Shown piece by piece: positions 11,330-25,058 of a stretch of 64,000 nucleotides of DNA. Below the pieces are notes generated by a model. The model had not been told where the DNA came from and searched no databases. It worked only from the letters and a program-made list of their open reading frames with translations. A program made the position numbers and the translations under genes. Source of the DNA: Basidiobolus meristosporus CBS 931.73 (lineage: Eukaryota > Fungi > Basidiobolomycota); assembly GCA_002104905.1 (NCBI GenBank), contig MCFE01000407.1:16411-80410 (forward strand), given 5' to 3'. Position 1 is the stretch's first letter. Each line of letters starts with the position of its first letter.

Positions 11330-11900
11330 ATTCTGAATGCACCATTTAAGATAGAGTAGTGAGTGAATACAGTAGTGGCAGAGACCTATACATTCTGGTC
11401 TATGCTAGTAGATCAGTGCCCAAATCTGGTCACAAACCCCTTGCATATATGCTATCAGATGAGCATATTGGCTTTCATGATCCACTTCTGGATAAGTATT
11501 CTCACAATGTCAACATATAACTCACAATGCTTCCAATATACTCTTGGTAGAAATGGCTTCAGATGATCACTTGAGTAAGTATGTATGCAGCTCATCCAGT
11601 CCTTGCATTTGTATCTTTACATATGCAAAGAAATACTGATTGGAACTTGTAAGAAGTACTTTAGGGAGTGAGTACTTTGCAATATCTTGCCAGTTCTTTC
11701 AGATGTCTCCAGTATCTTGAAGGGCTCATCAAGCTTGAAAAGCCGCATATACAACTTGGGCATTAGCAGATGGATATTGTTGAAGAGCAAGTGCATTTCT
11801 CCCAGTGGAAAGCTGTTGCTCTGGCAGATTCCCTCTATCTGAAATATATCTTGTTTTTGATTAGTTTTGGATTTGGACCAATGGCTTATAGCTTACTAGC
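11330..11900 (-). mobile_element. Degenerate Tnp2 C-terminal-half fragment
   Basis: Colinear with ~50600-51130 (e.g. acaatgtcaacatataactcacaatgcttccaatatactcttgg). Confidence 0.6.
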
Positions 11901-12029
11901 TTTGCTGCAAATGCAAGTGACCTTTGGGATATTGTCATGGTAGGAGGATGCCTCCCAAAAGTTTGAGGGAGGAAGCCTCAAAGCTCCAGTAGAAGGAACA
12001 TAGTGCATTCAACTGCACTTGCCTTAATG

Positions 12030-15000
12030 TCAAAGACCAACTATTAATTCAATGCTCAAGCGCAAAAGTGGCAAAGAATGCCTAGAAGGCATTAGAAGAC
12101 ACATACCAGTCATGTTCAGCTGCTAAGAAAATGTATCTCAGATGAGAATTCTTTACTGCTAAAATGCCACCAAGAGAAGAAATGAAAAATCTATTTACCA
12201 GAGTTGCTCTGCTGGAAGGTGAGATGAAATCTGTGGGTGTACCAACTATGGATGAGAATGTGATAGTAACTATCCTGAATAACCTGACAGACAGGTTTCA
12301 GCTCCTTGCATCAGCCCTGCAGTCCAGAACTGAAGATTTGACCATAAACTATATTCATAGAAGGCTCCTGGATGACAAATCTAGAAAATAAAGTGCCAAT
12401 AAGAAGCAAGACCAAAATGCTGCAATTAGCAGTGATCACCAACAACACAGGTATCCAAGACCCTTTAGAGGCAATAGCAACCTGTTTTGCAACTACTGCA
12501 AAAGGAATGAGCACACATCATTCCTGTACTTCAAAAAGAGAGATAGTTGGTACAAAGAGCCTGAATATGGGAATGCTTCAACTATAAAAGATAGACAATG
12601 CATATCTGCAACGGATATGACCACAAACAAGGATTTTCAAGCATGGTAAATTGGCTTTGGAACATCTTAGCTTTTTTACAACAAAAGGAGCTTTGTACCC
12701 AATATTAAGAAATTCCTTTTAAGAAGGTTTTCCTGGGTGACAATTGAATATTTGATGCAGTGGGAGGAAAAAATATTCAGTAGAACCTTAGAAGCAGTAA
12801 AGGAGGCCACATGCTTACCTACAAAAAAGTACTCTATGTACTAGAAATAGCCAATAACCTACTATCTGTAAGCAAGCCCATAGCAGAAGGACGCAGTTTA
12901 AGCTTTGACAATTTTGGATGCAGGATCACATATCAGAATGGTGCCCATATTGCTTTGAGTATAAAAGATTGGAATCTGCACAAGCTGACTAATAATCAAT
13001 CATATATGGAAGCCAACATAAGTAACTTGAGCAACAGAAAACCAATGCCTTGGCACAGGATATCTGGACACATCAATTTTGATTGTTTGCACAAAATGAT
13101 CAAAGATCATCATCTGGAGTAAAAATTGTTCCCCCAGCTGATTTGGAGCACTGTGGAGCCTGTATATACAAGAAACTAGCCAGACAATCACTCAAGAGCA
13201 CTGTGTTCATCAAAGCTCAGAAACAATCAGATTTAATGCACTCAGCTCTGGTGCGGACCTATGCAATGTTTATTCCTAAGCAGAATGAAGTATTGAATCA
13301 CATTTATTGATGATTACAGAAGATACATGTGGGTCTACCTCATGAAAAGAAAGAAAGAAGCTCCATGTAAGCTGAGGGAGCTTAAAGCCCTGGTTGATTG
13401 AGAAACTGATGAAAAAATCAGCAAAATATGCTCTGACAATGGTGGAGAATATATCTCAAGATCCTTCATCCACAGCAGCAAAACTCTATGGGATAAAGTA
13501 AGAAACTACCATAACATACTCCCCACAGCAAAATGATCTTTAGAATGTGCAAATAGATCAATAACTGACATGGCAAGAACTATGATCCATGAGCAAAGAT
13601 TATCCTGTGACTTTGAGATGAAATAATATGCCACAGCTGTATACCATAAGAATAGGGGTTATAGCAGAATACTTGGTAAGTATAATCCACTTGAAGAGTG
13701 GTATGAATATAGATCAAGTGTCAAAGCATCTATGAATAGTTAGGTGTACAGTATATGCCAAGAAACTGCCTGGAATACAGTCAAAATTTGAGCCAAAAAA
13801 CATAAAATGCAAATTTTTGGGCTTCTGCCACAAGAGTAAAGCATAGACACTACAATACCAAGCCAAAGAAGCATGAACAAGTCTAGGGACTTGGTGCTTA
13901 ATGAAAATTTAAAATTATCACAAAAATTGATATCAGATGATGACAGAAATCTGGTCTCAAGTTTACCAATAGTCTGGATTGAATCAGAGCAAAGCAATGA
14001 ATATTTATTTACTCCAGAGAACTCTACAGTCCTTGGTGCAGCCTGAACCAGTGCTCAGAAATATCCCAGGACTGTTCATTCCAGAATTACATGCCAGAAT
14101 ATTCAACTGGATCAGAAATAGCCCAAACTACATATATCAATGAGGGTACAAACTTAGCTTGTGCCTATTTAGTGCATATTGACAAGCACCAGACTGTAAA
14201 AGAGGCCCTGAGTAGTCCTCAGACAAAGTGATGGAGATTCAAATGATTGAGGAGTATTAGGCCCTAATGGAAAATCAAACTTGAGACAAAGTCATATTAC
14301 CAGTCAACCAAAAATCAATTGGAGCAGATTGGTAATCAAGACAAAATACAAGGCTGATGGCACAGTTGAAAAATGCAACAAGCTTGTGGCCAAAGAATCC
14401 TCTCAATTATCTGGACCAGAATAAACTGAAACCTTTGCACCAGTAGCCAAGTTTAAATCCATCAGCTTATTATTAGCTATTGCAGCATAATATAAGCTCT
14501 TTATACATCAAATGGATGTGAAAACTGTATTTTGAGTGGAGAATCATGACAAAACATGTACATGGACCAGCCTGATGGGTTTGCTGGCCAGGATAGCCCC
14601 CATTTGGTTTGCAAGCTTAGAAAGACTCTATATGGTCTAAAACAATCACTAAGAGCCTGAAAATACAAGATAGATTTTAATTTGAAATCTCTGAGCTCTA
14701 GAGGAGTATGGCTAACTATAGCATTTACTATAAGCCAGATAGAGCAAATCCAGGTCTGCTAGCTCTATATGTGGATAATCCTATTATAGCCATCAATAAC
14801 CTTAAAATTTGAAGAGATTAAATCCAGCCAATCTAAGGTGCTCAGGATATCTGATCTAGGAAAACTCAGTCATTACAGAGGGAAAAAGTTCCCCATTGGC
14901 AAAAGTATCAAGAATATCACCCTAAGCCAGTCCAGGTATATTCAAGATATATTAAAGAAGTACCAAACTAAAGACTGTAAACTGGCACTGCTCAAATGGA

Positions 15001-16415
15001 GACAAACCCTAACTTAGTCAAAACTCAACCAAATTAAGGGAGCTTTGTGCCATCCCAAGGCCCTGACTTTCCTTATATAGTTATGCCTGGCAATCTAATA
15101 TGCATCATGCTTGGATCATGCCCTGATATGTCATACTCAGTGGGAGTTACCAGCCATCACAATCAGATCTATGGATCTGATAGTGCAGGAGTTAAGTAGA
15201 TTTTGAAATACCTAAAAGGAACTGCTGATATCTGCTTTAGGCACACATATAAGGACTTGGAGCAAGATTGTATGGGATACTCTGATACTGATTGAAGCAA
15301 AGCTTAGAAGACAGAAGATCCACTATGGGACACATCTTTCTTTACTGTGAAGCAGCAATTTCAGGGAATTCATGAAAGCAGCCAAACATAGTACTTTCTG
15401 CCACAGAGAAGAGTATATGGCAGCCAGTGAAGCTACAAAAGAGGCAATGTGGCTAAGGAAGCATTTTGAAGATTTAGGCTTATGTCAGCAAACTCCTATT
15501 GCTTAATTTTAAGATAATCCAGTGTGTGTACAATTAGGTAGATATCCAACTTTTCATGCTAGAGCTAAGCACATAGATATTAGACATAATTTCATATGTG
15601 AAGCTATAAAGAATAACTTAGTTAACTGTCCTACATATGAAATGATTGTTGATATACTTACTAAACCATTAGCTAGAGACAAACTTGAATATCTTAGATC
15701 AAAATTACAACCAGTTTGTACAAACAACTAGTTGAGTGTGAGTGTTGTAAGAATTTGTAGTTTCACCTGAATGTTCACCTAACTTGGTCATTTGGATTGT
15801 TGACTACACATCCTAGAGAATACTGACCAAATTTCTTGTTGAGATTTACTTAGAATATTCTTACCACCATGTCATATACCCAGAACATGAAAACTCTCAA
15901 AGTTATCCAAACAGCCCCAAGCTTAGCACACATGCTCTTGGGATGTTCCTAAGCCTATTCTATGTGCTTGTTATGCTAATATTATGTAAAGTATCAATAC
16001 TACTTCTAAATTCTATAAATCATTAAGTGAAAACTGCATCCCTAAGAGAAAAATTGAGAAAAGGCCAGCAAAATACCATGATAGTATCAGCTGAATCCCA
16101 AGTTTCTCAAAATTGACAACTCTCAGTATCTCTGTTCTGAGCTGATGGGCAGGTAAGCAAACAAGTTCTCCACAAGGAGACTAGGCAAACTAGCATCCAT
16201 ACCAAATTTGGGAATTAGCTGCCCATTACTTCCATCAAAAATTGCATTGAAATTTTGAACCCAAAACACCAGCCAAATACCAGCAAAATACCATCAGAAT
16301 ACCAGCAGAATATCAGCTAAGAATCAGATGAACTCCAAGTTTGAGATTTTTCTTAGGGGCGCATGCTCTAGTAGTTTTCCTATTCACTTACAATATCTCC
16401 AAGACTCTCACAACA
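12030..16415 (+). mobile_element. 5'-truncated, degenerate Copia family A element with 3' LTR 15743-16415 (interrupted by a MITE)
   Basis: Gag (MPPREEMKNLFTRV), GAG-pre-integrase, integrase, RT and RNase H (HARAKHIDIRHNFI...DILTKPL) remnants in Copia order; PPT agttgagtgtgag followed by TGTTG...CAACA. Confidence 0.85.
16040..16358 (+). mobile_element. ~320-bp MITE with CCCTAAGA-type terminal inverted repeats, inserted in a Copia LTR
   Basis: Left end ccctaagagaaaaat; right end reverse-complements to ccctaagaaaaatct. The flanks rejoin to a continuous family A LTR. Confidence 0.75.
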
Positions 16416-16620
16416 ATAGTATCCTTGTCACTTTTTTCTATGGGTGTTGTCTCATTGAATATTGCGATTTTGCCTGGCTCATGCAGAGCATTTTTTTGAA
16501 GGGAGATAGGTTTACAATCCATCAATGAGCCTTCTTTTCTCAGAGCTATAACTCTGCAGACCATATTTAGAAGGCTGCAGTGAGCCAAAAGACATTGCAA
16601 ACTAACTTGACTCAGTTAGC
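16416..16620 (-). mobile_element. 5' end of the Tnp2 ORF
   Basis: KEGSLMDCKPISLQKNALHEPGKIAIFNETTP matches KEGSLMDFEPISPNNSMTYEPGQIPICNETTP of ORF 51752-52345. Confidence 0.7.
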
Positions 16621-16939
16621 ATAAGGTGCCAAGTGTGGCCAGGTGGTGATGTAGAAGTATTAAGTGACCAGCATGCTATTGTTGGTGCAGTAGTACCTGA
16701 CAAATGCTCAGATATGACTTGTGTGGCTACATTCTGGCCATGACACTTATGATACTTCCTATTCAGTCTGCAAGCCTTATGGCTGAGAGGCTTGTTACAA
16801 TAGACACATGTTCTCTTTCTCTTTGCTTACAGTATTGAATCAAAGTAGTCTTGTCCAAGGGGTAAACAGCTTTACACTCCACAGCATAATGCTATTATAT
16901 AACTTTTTTGTTAATTTTCAAGTGAGTCTAAGACAGTCT

Positions 16940-17396
16940 TGTTCATGAGATATTGTACCTATATGAGTATAAGACTCATTATGACCCACCATAGTTGGTG
17001 TTATGAATCAAGTAATGACACCACCTACACACATACATGTAATAATATTTCCTTTGACTCACCTCCATATCTGTGCTGCTAAAAAATAAAGTAAAGCTTC
17101 TCTGGTTCTCTATCAACTCCATTCCTGACAGCAGCAGAAGAACTCTTGGACCACTGCTTGCTTTAACATTCAGTGCAACAAGTGAGGCTACATCCAAAAG
17201 AGGCCAAGTTATCAGCATGCCCACTCAAGGTATTAATACAGAATCCTCAGGCTCTAAGTCAAGTAGGCAGCTGAGTACTTCTGCAGAGCTGCAACCTAAC
17301 CATAATGCTCATGCAGATGAGAATGCAGCAAACACAGTATCTCCAATGAAAGACCAGCAAATGGCCATCATAAGCACCTAACTACTTCAACACTTC
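16940..17396 (+). repeat. Second copy of the PPKNK/LLKNK ORF-start repeat
   Basis: Homologous to 9270-9830. Confidence 0.5.
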
Positions 17397-19515
17397 AAAG
17401 GAGATACCTCTACCCAAGTTCCCCAGAAGGTCAAGACTCTCCCCTATGAAAAATCTCAAACTTGGAACTCACCTGATTATCAGCTGGTACTCTACTGGTA
17501 TTCTGACAGTATTTAGCTGGTATTCAGCCGGTGTTTTTTGCTCAAATATCCAGTTGCAATCTTTGATGGAAGTAGTGGGTAGCAAATCACCAAATTTAGT
17601 ATGAATCCTGATTGGCCTAGACTCCTCTTGGAAAATATGTCTGCTGTCTGCCCAACTGCTGGTACATGAGATAGTGATAGTTGTAAGATTTGAGAAACTT
17701 GGAATTCAGCTGATTTTATGATGGTATTCTGGTGGCCTTTTCTTATTTTTTTTCTTAGGGTTCTTGAAGGAATTTTCAGACCAGTTCCCAGATGAGCTTT
17801 TAAGCCTACCCCCAGTCAGAAATGTTAATCATTGCATTGACACAGGGGTTGGCCCTCCTGTGGGAAAGACACTTACAGAATGGGTCCATTGGAACTGGAA
17901 GAGATGCAGAGACAAATTGCTCAGCTATTAGAGCAAGGATATATGAGACCCAGCAAGTTGCTATGGTGAGTACCAGGACTTTTTGTGAGGAAGAAAGATT
18001 GAATACTTAGGATGTGCATTGACTATAGTGCCTTCAACTCAGCTACCATGAAGAATAGGAACCCTATACCTTTGATTGGTGAGCACTTGGACCAACTTAA
18101 TGAGCTACTATATTCTGCAAGTATAACCACATGTCAGGATACAACCAGTATATGGTGGAACCTGAAGATATCCCCAAGACAGCATTCAGGACCATAAATG
18201 GGCATTATAAGTACTTAGCCATGGGTTTTGACCACACCAATGCCCCTGTAACATGCATGAATGTAATGCAAGCCATCTTCTACAAGCACTTAGACAAATT
18301 TATATTATCTATCCATATGACATACTGCTTTACAGCAAGATGGAAGAGGCTAACTTGGTACACATCAAAAAGGTCTTGAAGAAGCTAATGGTGTACAAGA
18401 TATATGGCAAGTTAGCAAAGTGTAAGTTCCTTAAGTAGCATGTTGAATATCTGGGACACATAGTGGCTTGCACAGGAGTAACCCTAGACCCCAAGAAAGT
18501 AGTAGTTAGTCAAGCTTTGACATTTCACCATAGAACTGATGCAGTCACCAAGCAGCTTAGCAGATTGACTAGAAAAATACTGATCAAGTATGCAAATGGA
18601 GCTGGCAATAGATAGGACAAGTAAATAGACCAAGGGCAATACAGCTGGGATGTCAGAGTGCAGAACACAATGCAACAATCACCATTCTACTTAGTGTTAG
18701 AATGTTAACCAAAGATTCCAGGAGATTACACACAAACAAGGCTCACAGTCACCTAAGAGGATGAGCCTAGTCAGCCAAGTAGACACCAGAAACTGGAGCA
18801 AAGATGTCAAGACACAAAGGCCAAAGTGTCAAAAAGAGCAGAAAGTATGAAACAGAGATTTGATAGGACTATATCAGCAGAAGCATTGACAATTGGGAAC
18901 TTTGCAATGCAAAGAAACCACACTTGGAAGAAGTTTGAACCCCAGTGGTCCAGACAGTATCAGATTGTCAGGGAGCATTCATTTGCAACCTACTAGATAA
19001 TGGGAAAACAAGGGAATATCCTAAAAGACTTAGTACATAAAGACCAAATCAAGCTTGCAACACTTACAGGCAGTACTGAGTCATCATGATATTGGTATTG
19101 CAAGAAGATAGATTCAGGAGAACCCTATCAGATATAGTAGAGGAGAATGCAATGATCTACTGCTTAAATATGCTGGTTATATTTCTGCTTAGACAAATCA
19201 ATTAGTTTTGCGCTAAGCCTATCAGAAGAACAGCACAATCTACTAAAACAGTAGCATTAATCAGCAGATGAATCAGTAGAACCTTATCAAATAGAAATAG
19301 ATACATGGAGTAAGATCTAATTAAGAGATGATGATGCTACTATATGACTCATCAGCCATAGTCTACTTTAGGAAGAACAGTTTTAAGCACCTCATCTGGC
19401 AAAGTGTATATAAGGAGCTGCCAGAGCCTCATTAAGAGTCAGTACAATTTATAGTAAATATAATACTTGCTAAACTCCCCATTCTTAAACAACCTTTATA
19501 TCAGGATTGGCAACA
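17397..19515 (+). mobile_element. Degenerate Ty3/Gypsy relative of the intact element (RT part, internal deletion, integrase end, PPT, 3' LTR 19148-19515)
   Basis: Colinear with 37590-38390 and 39650-40657. The LTR has the same 368-bp length. The junction near 18510 skips RNase H and the start of integrase. Confidence 0.85.
17442..17760 (-). mobile_element. CCCTAWGA MITE copy inserted in the Gypsy remnant
   Basis: Ends ccctatgaaaaatctc...tttcttaggg. Comparison with the intact Gypsy (agactctcttgaag) shows 3 extra bases (CTC/TTC), consistent with a 3-bp TSD. Confidence 0.75.
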
Positions 19516-19529
19516 AATGAGTGAGGAGC

Positions 19530-19870
19530 GCCAGTGCATTAGAGTATTTGTTGAGCTGTATATGCTACTTCGGATGGGGTATTTCTGGAAAATATCTGCA
19601 GTGTTAGCAATGTTTATATCTTATGTGGTGAATTCCTAACATGTTAAAGACCATGTGGAAGTATAATTTTATTATGTAAGTGAAATGCTGCTGTCTATGC
19701 ATAGTAGTATCAGGATTGTTTCTGGGTCATATGTAGCCACCTGCATGATGGTTGTCAATTTGTAATGTGCTTATGGTTGGTTGCATCCCAGAATAACCTT
19801 ATCAAAAAGTAGCAGTACCTCCTCAATGCCCTCATTACCAATAATGGTGGAAACACACAGCCTCTTCATC
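19530..19870 (-). mobile_element. Tnp2 N-terminal-half fragment
   Basis: Reads ..EEVLLLFDKVILGCNQP*AHYKLTTIMQVATYDPETILI.., matching ..ENLLLLLAKIIPGCNLPCTWYKWTTVMQLGTYDPESVLI.. (51752-52345). Confidence 0.7.
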
Positions 19871-22049
19871 TGCAACATTGTCATTGACCAATGAATAGAT
19901 TGCTATGTTTACTTAGCTCCATTGAATATTCTTGTCATTTTTTTCTCAGTGTGTGGTATTATTGCTTATTAGGATTTTACAGATAACATGCAGAGTACTT
20001 TTATAAGGGAAGATAGGCCTATAATTCATTAGTAAGACTTCTTTTTCAGATTTACCCCACAAAGCCCATATTCAGAAGTCCAATGTTAGCCAATAGGCAT
20101 CACAAGCCTATCTGGCTTGGCTTCCATAAGGTGACAAGTGTCAGGTGGACTCCTAACAGTTTCAGCATTATATGTATCCAGTGGCTATCCAGATATTATT
20201 GGTACTGTAGTGCCTGATGAATGCTCAAATATAGCCTCTGTGCCAAAACACTGCCATGATTGTTGTAGGTATCTTCACAAAAATACCAATTAGTCAGCAA
20301 GTTGGAGCTATTATCAGCAGGTTTATTCAGATGGCTGAGGTGAGCCAAAATGTGCCACAAACTTACCTGACTCAGTTTGCACAATGTGACAAGTGTAGCA
20401 AAGAGCTGCAATATAAGTTTCAAGTAGCCAGTAAGATATTGTTGATACAATAGTGATTGAAGAATGGTCTAAGTTCACCTCTGTGGCAAAGCACCAGCCA
20501 TCATTGTTGTAATGCTTGCTGTGCTCCCTGCAAGCTTTGTGGCTCAGAGGCTTGCTACAGTAGCCACATTGTCTTTTTTCCTTCTCACAATGAGCTGTAC
20601 TAAAGTAGTGTTATTCTTGGAGAAACTGCTGCACACTCAACAATGTACTGTTATTTCATCACTTTTTGTCAAAATTAATTCAAGTTCAAGATAGTCATGT
20701 ACATGAAACATCACAGTAACAAGAATAGAGAGCAGTGTATCTTGCTCTCCTCAGCAGTACACTGGAGGAATGCTTTTTTCAGCTTGAGCCCTGGCTTTTG
20801 CAACAGATGTCAAGGCAAGCTTATGTCAAGCTATGTTCAAGATTTCTCATGAAGAATTTGGCCAAAAAGGCAACTCAATTCAGGACCAGCAATAACAAGC
20901 ACAAAAGAAGACTGGTATAGTATTATCATTAAGCATACTCACTAATGACCCTCTATAAACATCTCAATTTTGGCATTTATCTGAATAGCTGTGATATTCC
21001 ATTAGTGCTTAATGGTATTGGGCTCATTTTCACCAGTGCATTTTCTTCTAATTTGAGTTGCATTTTCTGATGAAAGTAGAGGGCAGCTGGCCTATAACAG
21101 TAAGAATTCCAACTGCCCTAGTCATCTTTGGGAATATATATCTGCCTGTCTACTTCATAGTAAGTACAAGAGAGATTGCTCACTACCAGTTATAGGAAAT
21201 GGAATTTGTCAAAGTTTTCTAATTATGTAAGCCTATTCATATAAAATATATTAGGGATCTGGCAGGGTACTGTCAGTTATGATTCAATCTTCTTATGATT
21301 CAATCTTCTTATATTTGTTGCAATATGGCTAAATCAAGCTTTCAGTGGTATGGGCACTTGGTAGCTAGACCTGACAAGTCTCTACCTGAATTTCTCCGCA
21401 CTCCTAATTACATTGGCTTATTCCTGTTGTCATATTTGTTCCAGTAGTTTATATCAAATGAACTGACTGAGCTCATTATCCTTTATATCTGAGAGCTTTG
21501 ATTGCATGAGATCTTCCAGCATTCTTGGTTTGTATCCATCCACTATATGAAATGGTGTTTTATACCTTGTAAGGGCTCTTGATGTGGTGAACAATACTGG
21601 GATACATCCTCTAGCCCCTCTGAAGCTCACTCCCCCACAACCAATGCTCACATGCATAGAAATATATGGCCTCATGATTTAACTTTCCATTAACAGAGCC
21701 AATGATTACATAAGCTGTTGAGAATAACAGAACAGGCATTATGCTTATCAAAGATCAAGTACAAGTCTTTGAGCTCATTTCAATTTTTTAGGAACCTGAG
21801 AGACACAAATATAAAAGCTGATGCTGTAAATACAGCAGTTGCAACAAAAGGAATACCTTACAATTGACTCTTACAAGAAGGATAGCAAGTTGCAGCAGGA
21901 AAGTGCATTTTATGTGCCCAAGTAAAGAGACATTGCATAATATATCAAATACAACTATTTCAGATATTGCAAGATGTATGGTATATTACATGAGTGTAGA
22001 GCTCACATCTTGGGCTGCATTACAATTAACAGATGACTATATGATAAAC

Positions 22050-22600
22050 AGTGCATGTCAATTGTTCATTGAGTAACACCTTGATGCCTATATTGCTTTC
22101 CTTGGAACAGTTAGCTGCACTGCTGTTTATCATATTCCTAAAGTAATACAGGCAAGGTTGTAACCAAAAAGTACAATTGTTTCTTTTCCAGGTTCTTGGA
22201 GTGATATGATTTTGCTGGAAATCTGTGCAAATGGAGGAAACTAATATACGGACTGAAGCAAGAACCTAGAAAATAGTATCACAGAACAAAGGTTCATATA
22301 TTCCTGAAGTCTAGGATTTGCTTGGCCAGTCACAACAATAAAGAACTTTGTTCCCACAGGTGTAGAATGCAAGTTGTCTTTGCATAGAAAGCATAACTAG
22401 GCTTATTAGAAATCATAAAAGTAACAGAAGAGCAATTTTGGATGCTTATAGCTGCTCAGACAAAAGAGGCATGGGAAATTGACTATTTTACAAGAGCTGA
22501 GATTAAATTTGATCAACAAAAGTATGAACTATCTTGGTTCAATTTAGATACTTCTCAGATGTTCTGAGATATTGAAATATGGAGAAGTAAGAAAATGTAG
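22050..22600 (+). mobile_element. Highly degenerate Copia RT fragment
   Basis: aatctgtgcaaatggaggaaactaatatacggactgaagcaagaacctaga translates to NLCKWRKLIYGLKQEPR, the Copia RT LYGLKQAPR motif. Confidence 0.55.
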
Positions 22601-23874
22601 CCACCTACTTAGAGCTTAATGTTTTGCAAGCAATAGTTACCCAGTTAAGAATGAGAATAGTTAAGCTTCAGATGAAACTTAACTTGACATGAGTTGGAAT
22701 TAACTAGCAGTGCAGTATAGTAGCTGTACTTCAAGTATTTACTGAACACCATGAGACACCTAACCATTGGTGTACACACTCAAGTAGGAGGAACCTAGGT
22801 CACTTGTTAAAAGTAGACAGAGGGCAACAAGCAATGATAGAAGCATAGTCCCCAATACTCAGTTGAAAGTGACTGGATATCTATGAGATGCCCTGATGAA
22901 ATAATTGTATCTGAACTGCTGCTCAACAGCTAGGCAACCCAAAAGTCAGCCCTTTGCTTATGTTAGCATCACTGAAAACAAGCCAGGAGTGACTCCAATG
23001 CAGCAATATCTGACAAATTGAATGTGTAGGAACAAGAAAATTATGCTGTTACTTATTGAGCAGTATGTAGGTTATACAGCTGAAGTGCTGTGCAGGCCTG
23101 TTTAGCAATATTTTGTAGTGTACTGCAGTGGTTTCTTGGTAAATACATAGTGTTCATTAAATCTGCTAGCTTGGGCATTACGTAAGGCAGAAGTAACTGG
23201 ATCATTGATTTAATAAGTGTGGAAGAGTGATAGTCATAATTGAAACATACAATGGTAAATGCTAGTCTTGAGTTGTTGAGCTTTTACTGCCAAAAGATAC
23301 TAAATGCACAACATATCAGCATCTTTGGTAACAAACAGATGGAATATATAAGTTAGTGTGTAGTAGCTGATTATGGTGCTCATTTCAAAGTAGCAATAGA
23401 GGAATAAGTCTAAATTTACTGATATGAAGAAGGCACCAAGGTTCAGGCCATAACTGTAGCCTAAAATTATCAAGTAGTCCTGGGTTGCTGAGCATGCCTC
23501 CAGCTGCTGAATGATCCAAGTAGTATGCTGCTTCAGCACTCACCCTGAGTTCAAATATTTCTTGACTCAAATGATTCCCCAAGCTTGTCAGATTCTTGGG
23601 ATCCTGAAGCTTTTTTAAATATATGCCATCACTTGGCATGTTGTGCAGTACACTAAGACTACCCTGTTATTCTCTCTAGATTTCTTGACTAACTATTGGT
23701 GTATAGTTACATGCTCAATGATGGCAAGGCTAGTGCTACTGCAGCTATGGCATGTCCATCAGTGAGCTGTTTCTCTCAATTTTAGACAATTGCTTCATCA
23801 ACTCCAAAGGTGCCTATTGGAGAGCTCAACCCAAGCTGCTATTGCCTCCAGGCTTACTGCCTATTATTTGCTCC

Positions 23875-24111
23875 TGTTGAAATATTTAGGAGCTCACCTA
23901 ACTATCAATATATTATGAGCAAACACTTATTTAAATGATGCATGTCAGATTACCAATTTATAAATTAGGTTGTGATATAGACAGTTACATTCATGTAGTT
24001 CTGTAACAAGTATAAATAGTGTGTTGCAACTCAATAAAATATCTACTTAATATTATGTAAATGTTTTAATTCTCTAATTCACTTTCAATACATCTCTCTA
24101 ATATCTTAACA
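23875..24111 (+). mobile_element. Solo LTR (237 bp) of a further LTR-retrotransposon family
   Basis: TGTTG...TAACA termini, perfect 5-bp TSD GCTCC (23870-23874 and 24112-24116), internal TATAAATA and AATAAA. Confidence 0.75.
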
Positions 24112-25058
24112 GCTCCCAAGTAATCATATGCCATATGTAAGACTCCCAGTAAATACTGCAAATATGCTTAACAGCTACATATTGGGAAAATGCATGAATT
24201 GTAGTTATTGTTAAGTGCTTGGATAAATGGACTTTACTAGTACAGCTTAACATCAGAGAGTGTCAACTGTTGAACTGCAAATTAGTAACATAATAATAAA
24301 GTAAGATTGCCATTGTGAATAGCATACATCTGCAAGAATGCTCCAGGAGTATTAACCATTATCAATTCAAGTATTGAAATAGTATTTGGGTTGCAGTACA
24401 ACTTTTAATCAGGGTGTTCATTTGCTGCTGCCAGTGATGGAATAATGCAGAATGGGCTTGTTATAGCAGAACAATTTCATGCATTCATTGTTAGATATAT
24501 CATGGGCAGTTGAATAGTGCTAAATTACCTGTCAAGAGCTGTATGAGGTTTTATACTGTTCTGTTTTGTGTAAGCTAGAAAATCAACCTGAATACTTACA
24601 CAATAGTATATTAGCAGTGTAATGGCCTTGCATAATGTACAAATCAATTGCATGTGACTGCTAAATTATGTTCCATTATGCACACATTGCCAGTCTCATA
24701 TACACATACAAATCACAATAATTGAGGCTCTTTGTTAATTTAAAACATGCAAGCTGGATATCTGCTTTACATGCTTGGTATTTATAGCCCACTAAGGCTA
24801 TTCCAGCAATAATATCTTCTTGTTAAATTATCTGACTCTTTGGGCTTCTTAAAACATACAGCAACACTTGTTTATTAGCACTATGGACCATCAGTAACAA
24901 TGAAATAAGCAAAATCCTTTTTGAAGTTACACTGCTGACACATGTGCACCATTTGAATTTACATGATTCTATCAACATTGATGGGAGCAGTCCCTATTGC
25001 TTTAATGCTTATGAAAGTCCATAAAGAACTTGATGATACCAGTCCAGATTGGGTATCT

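Noticed and set aside
19900-21400. Short ORFs in AT-rich intervals (also 24120-25050 and 30400-31900) as host genes
   Set aside because: CpG-depleted, stop-ridden and lacking recognisable motifs; probably unclassified TE remnants that I could not assign.
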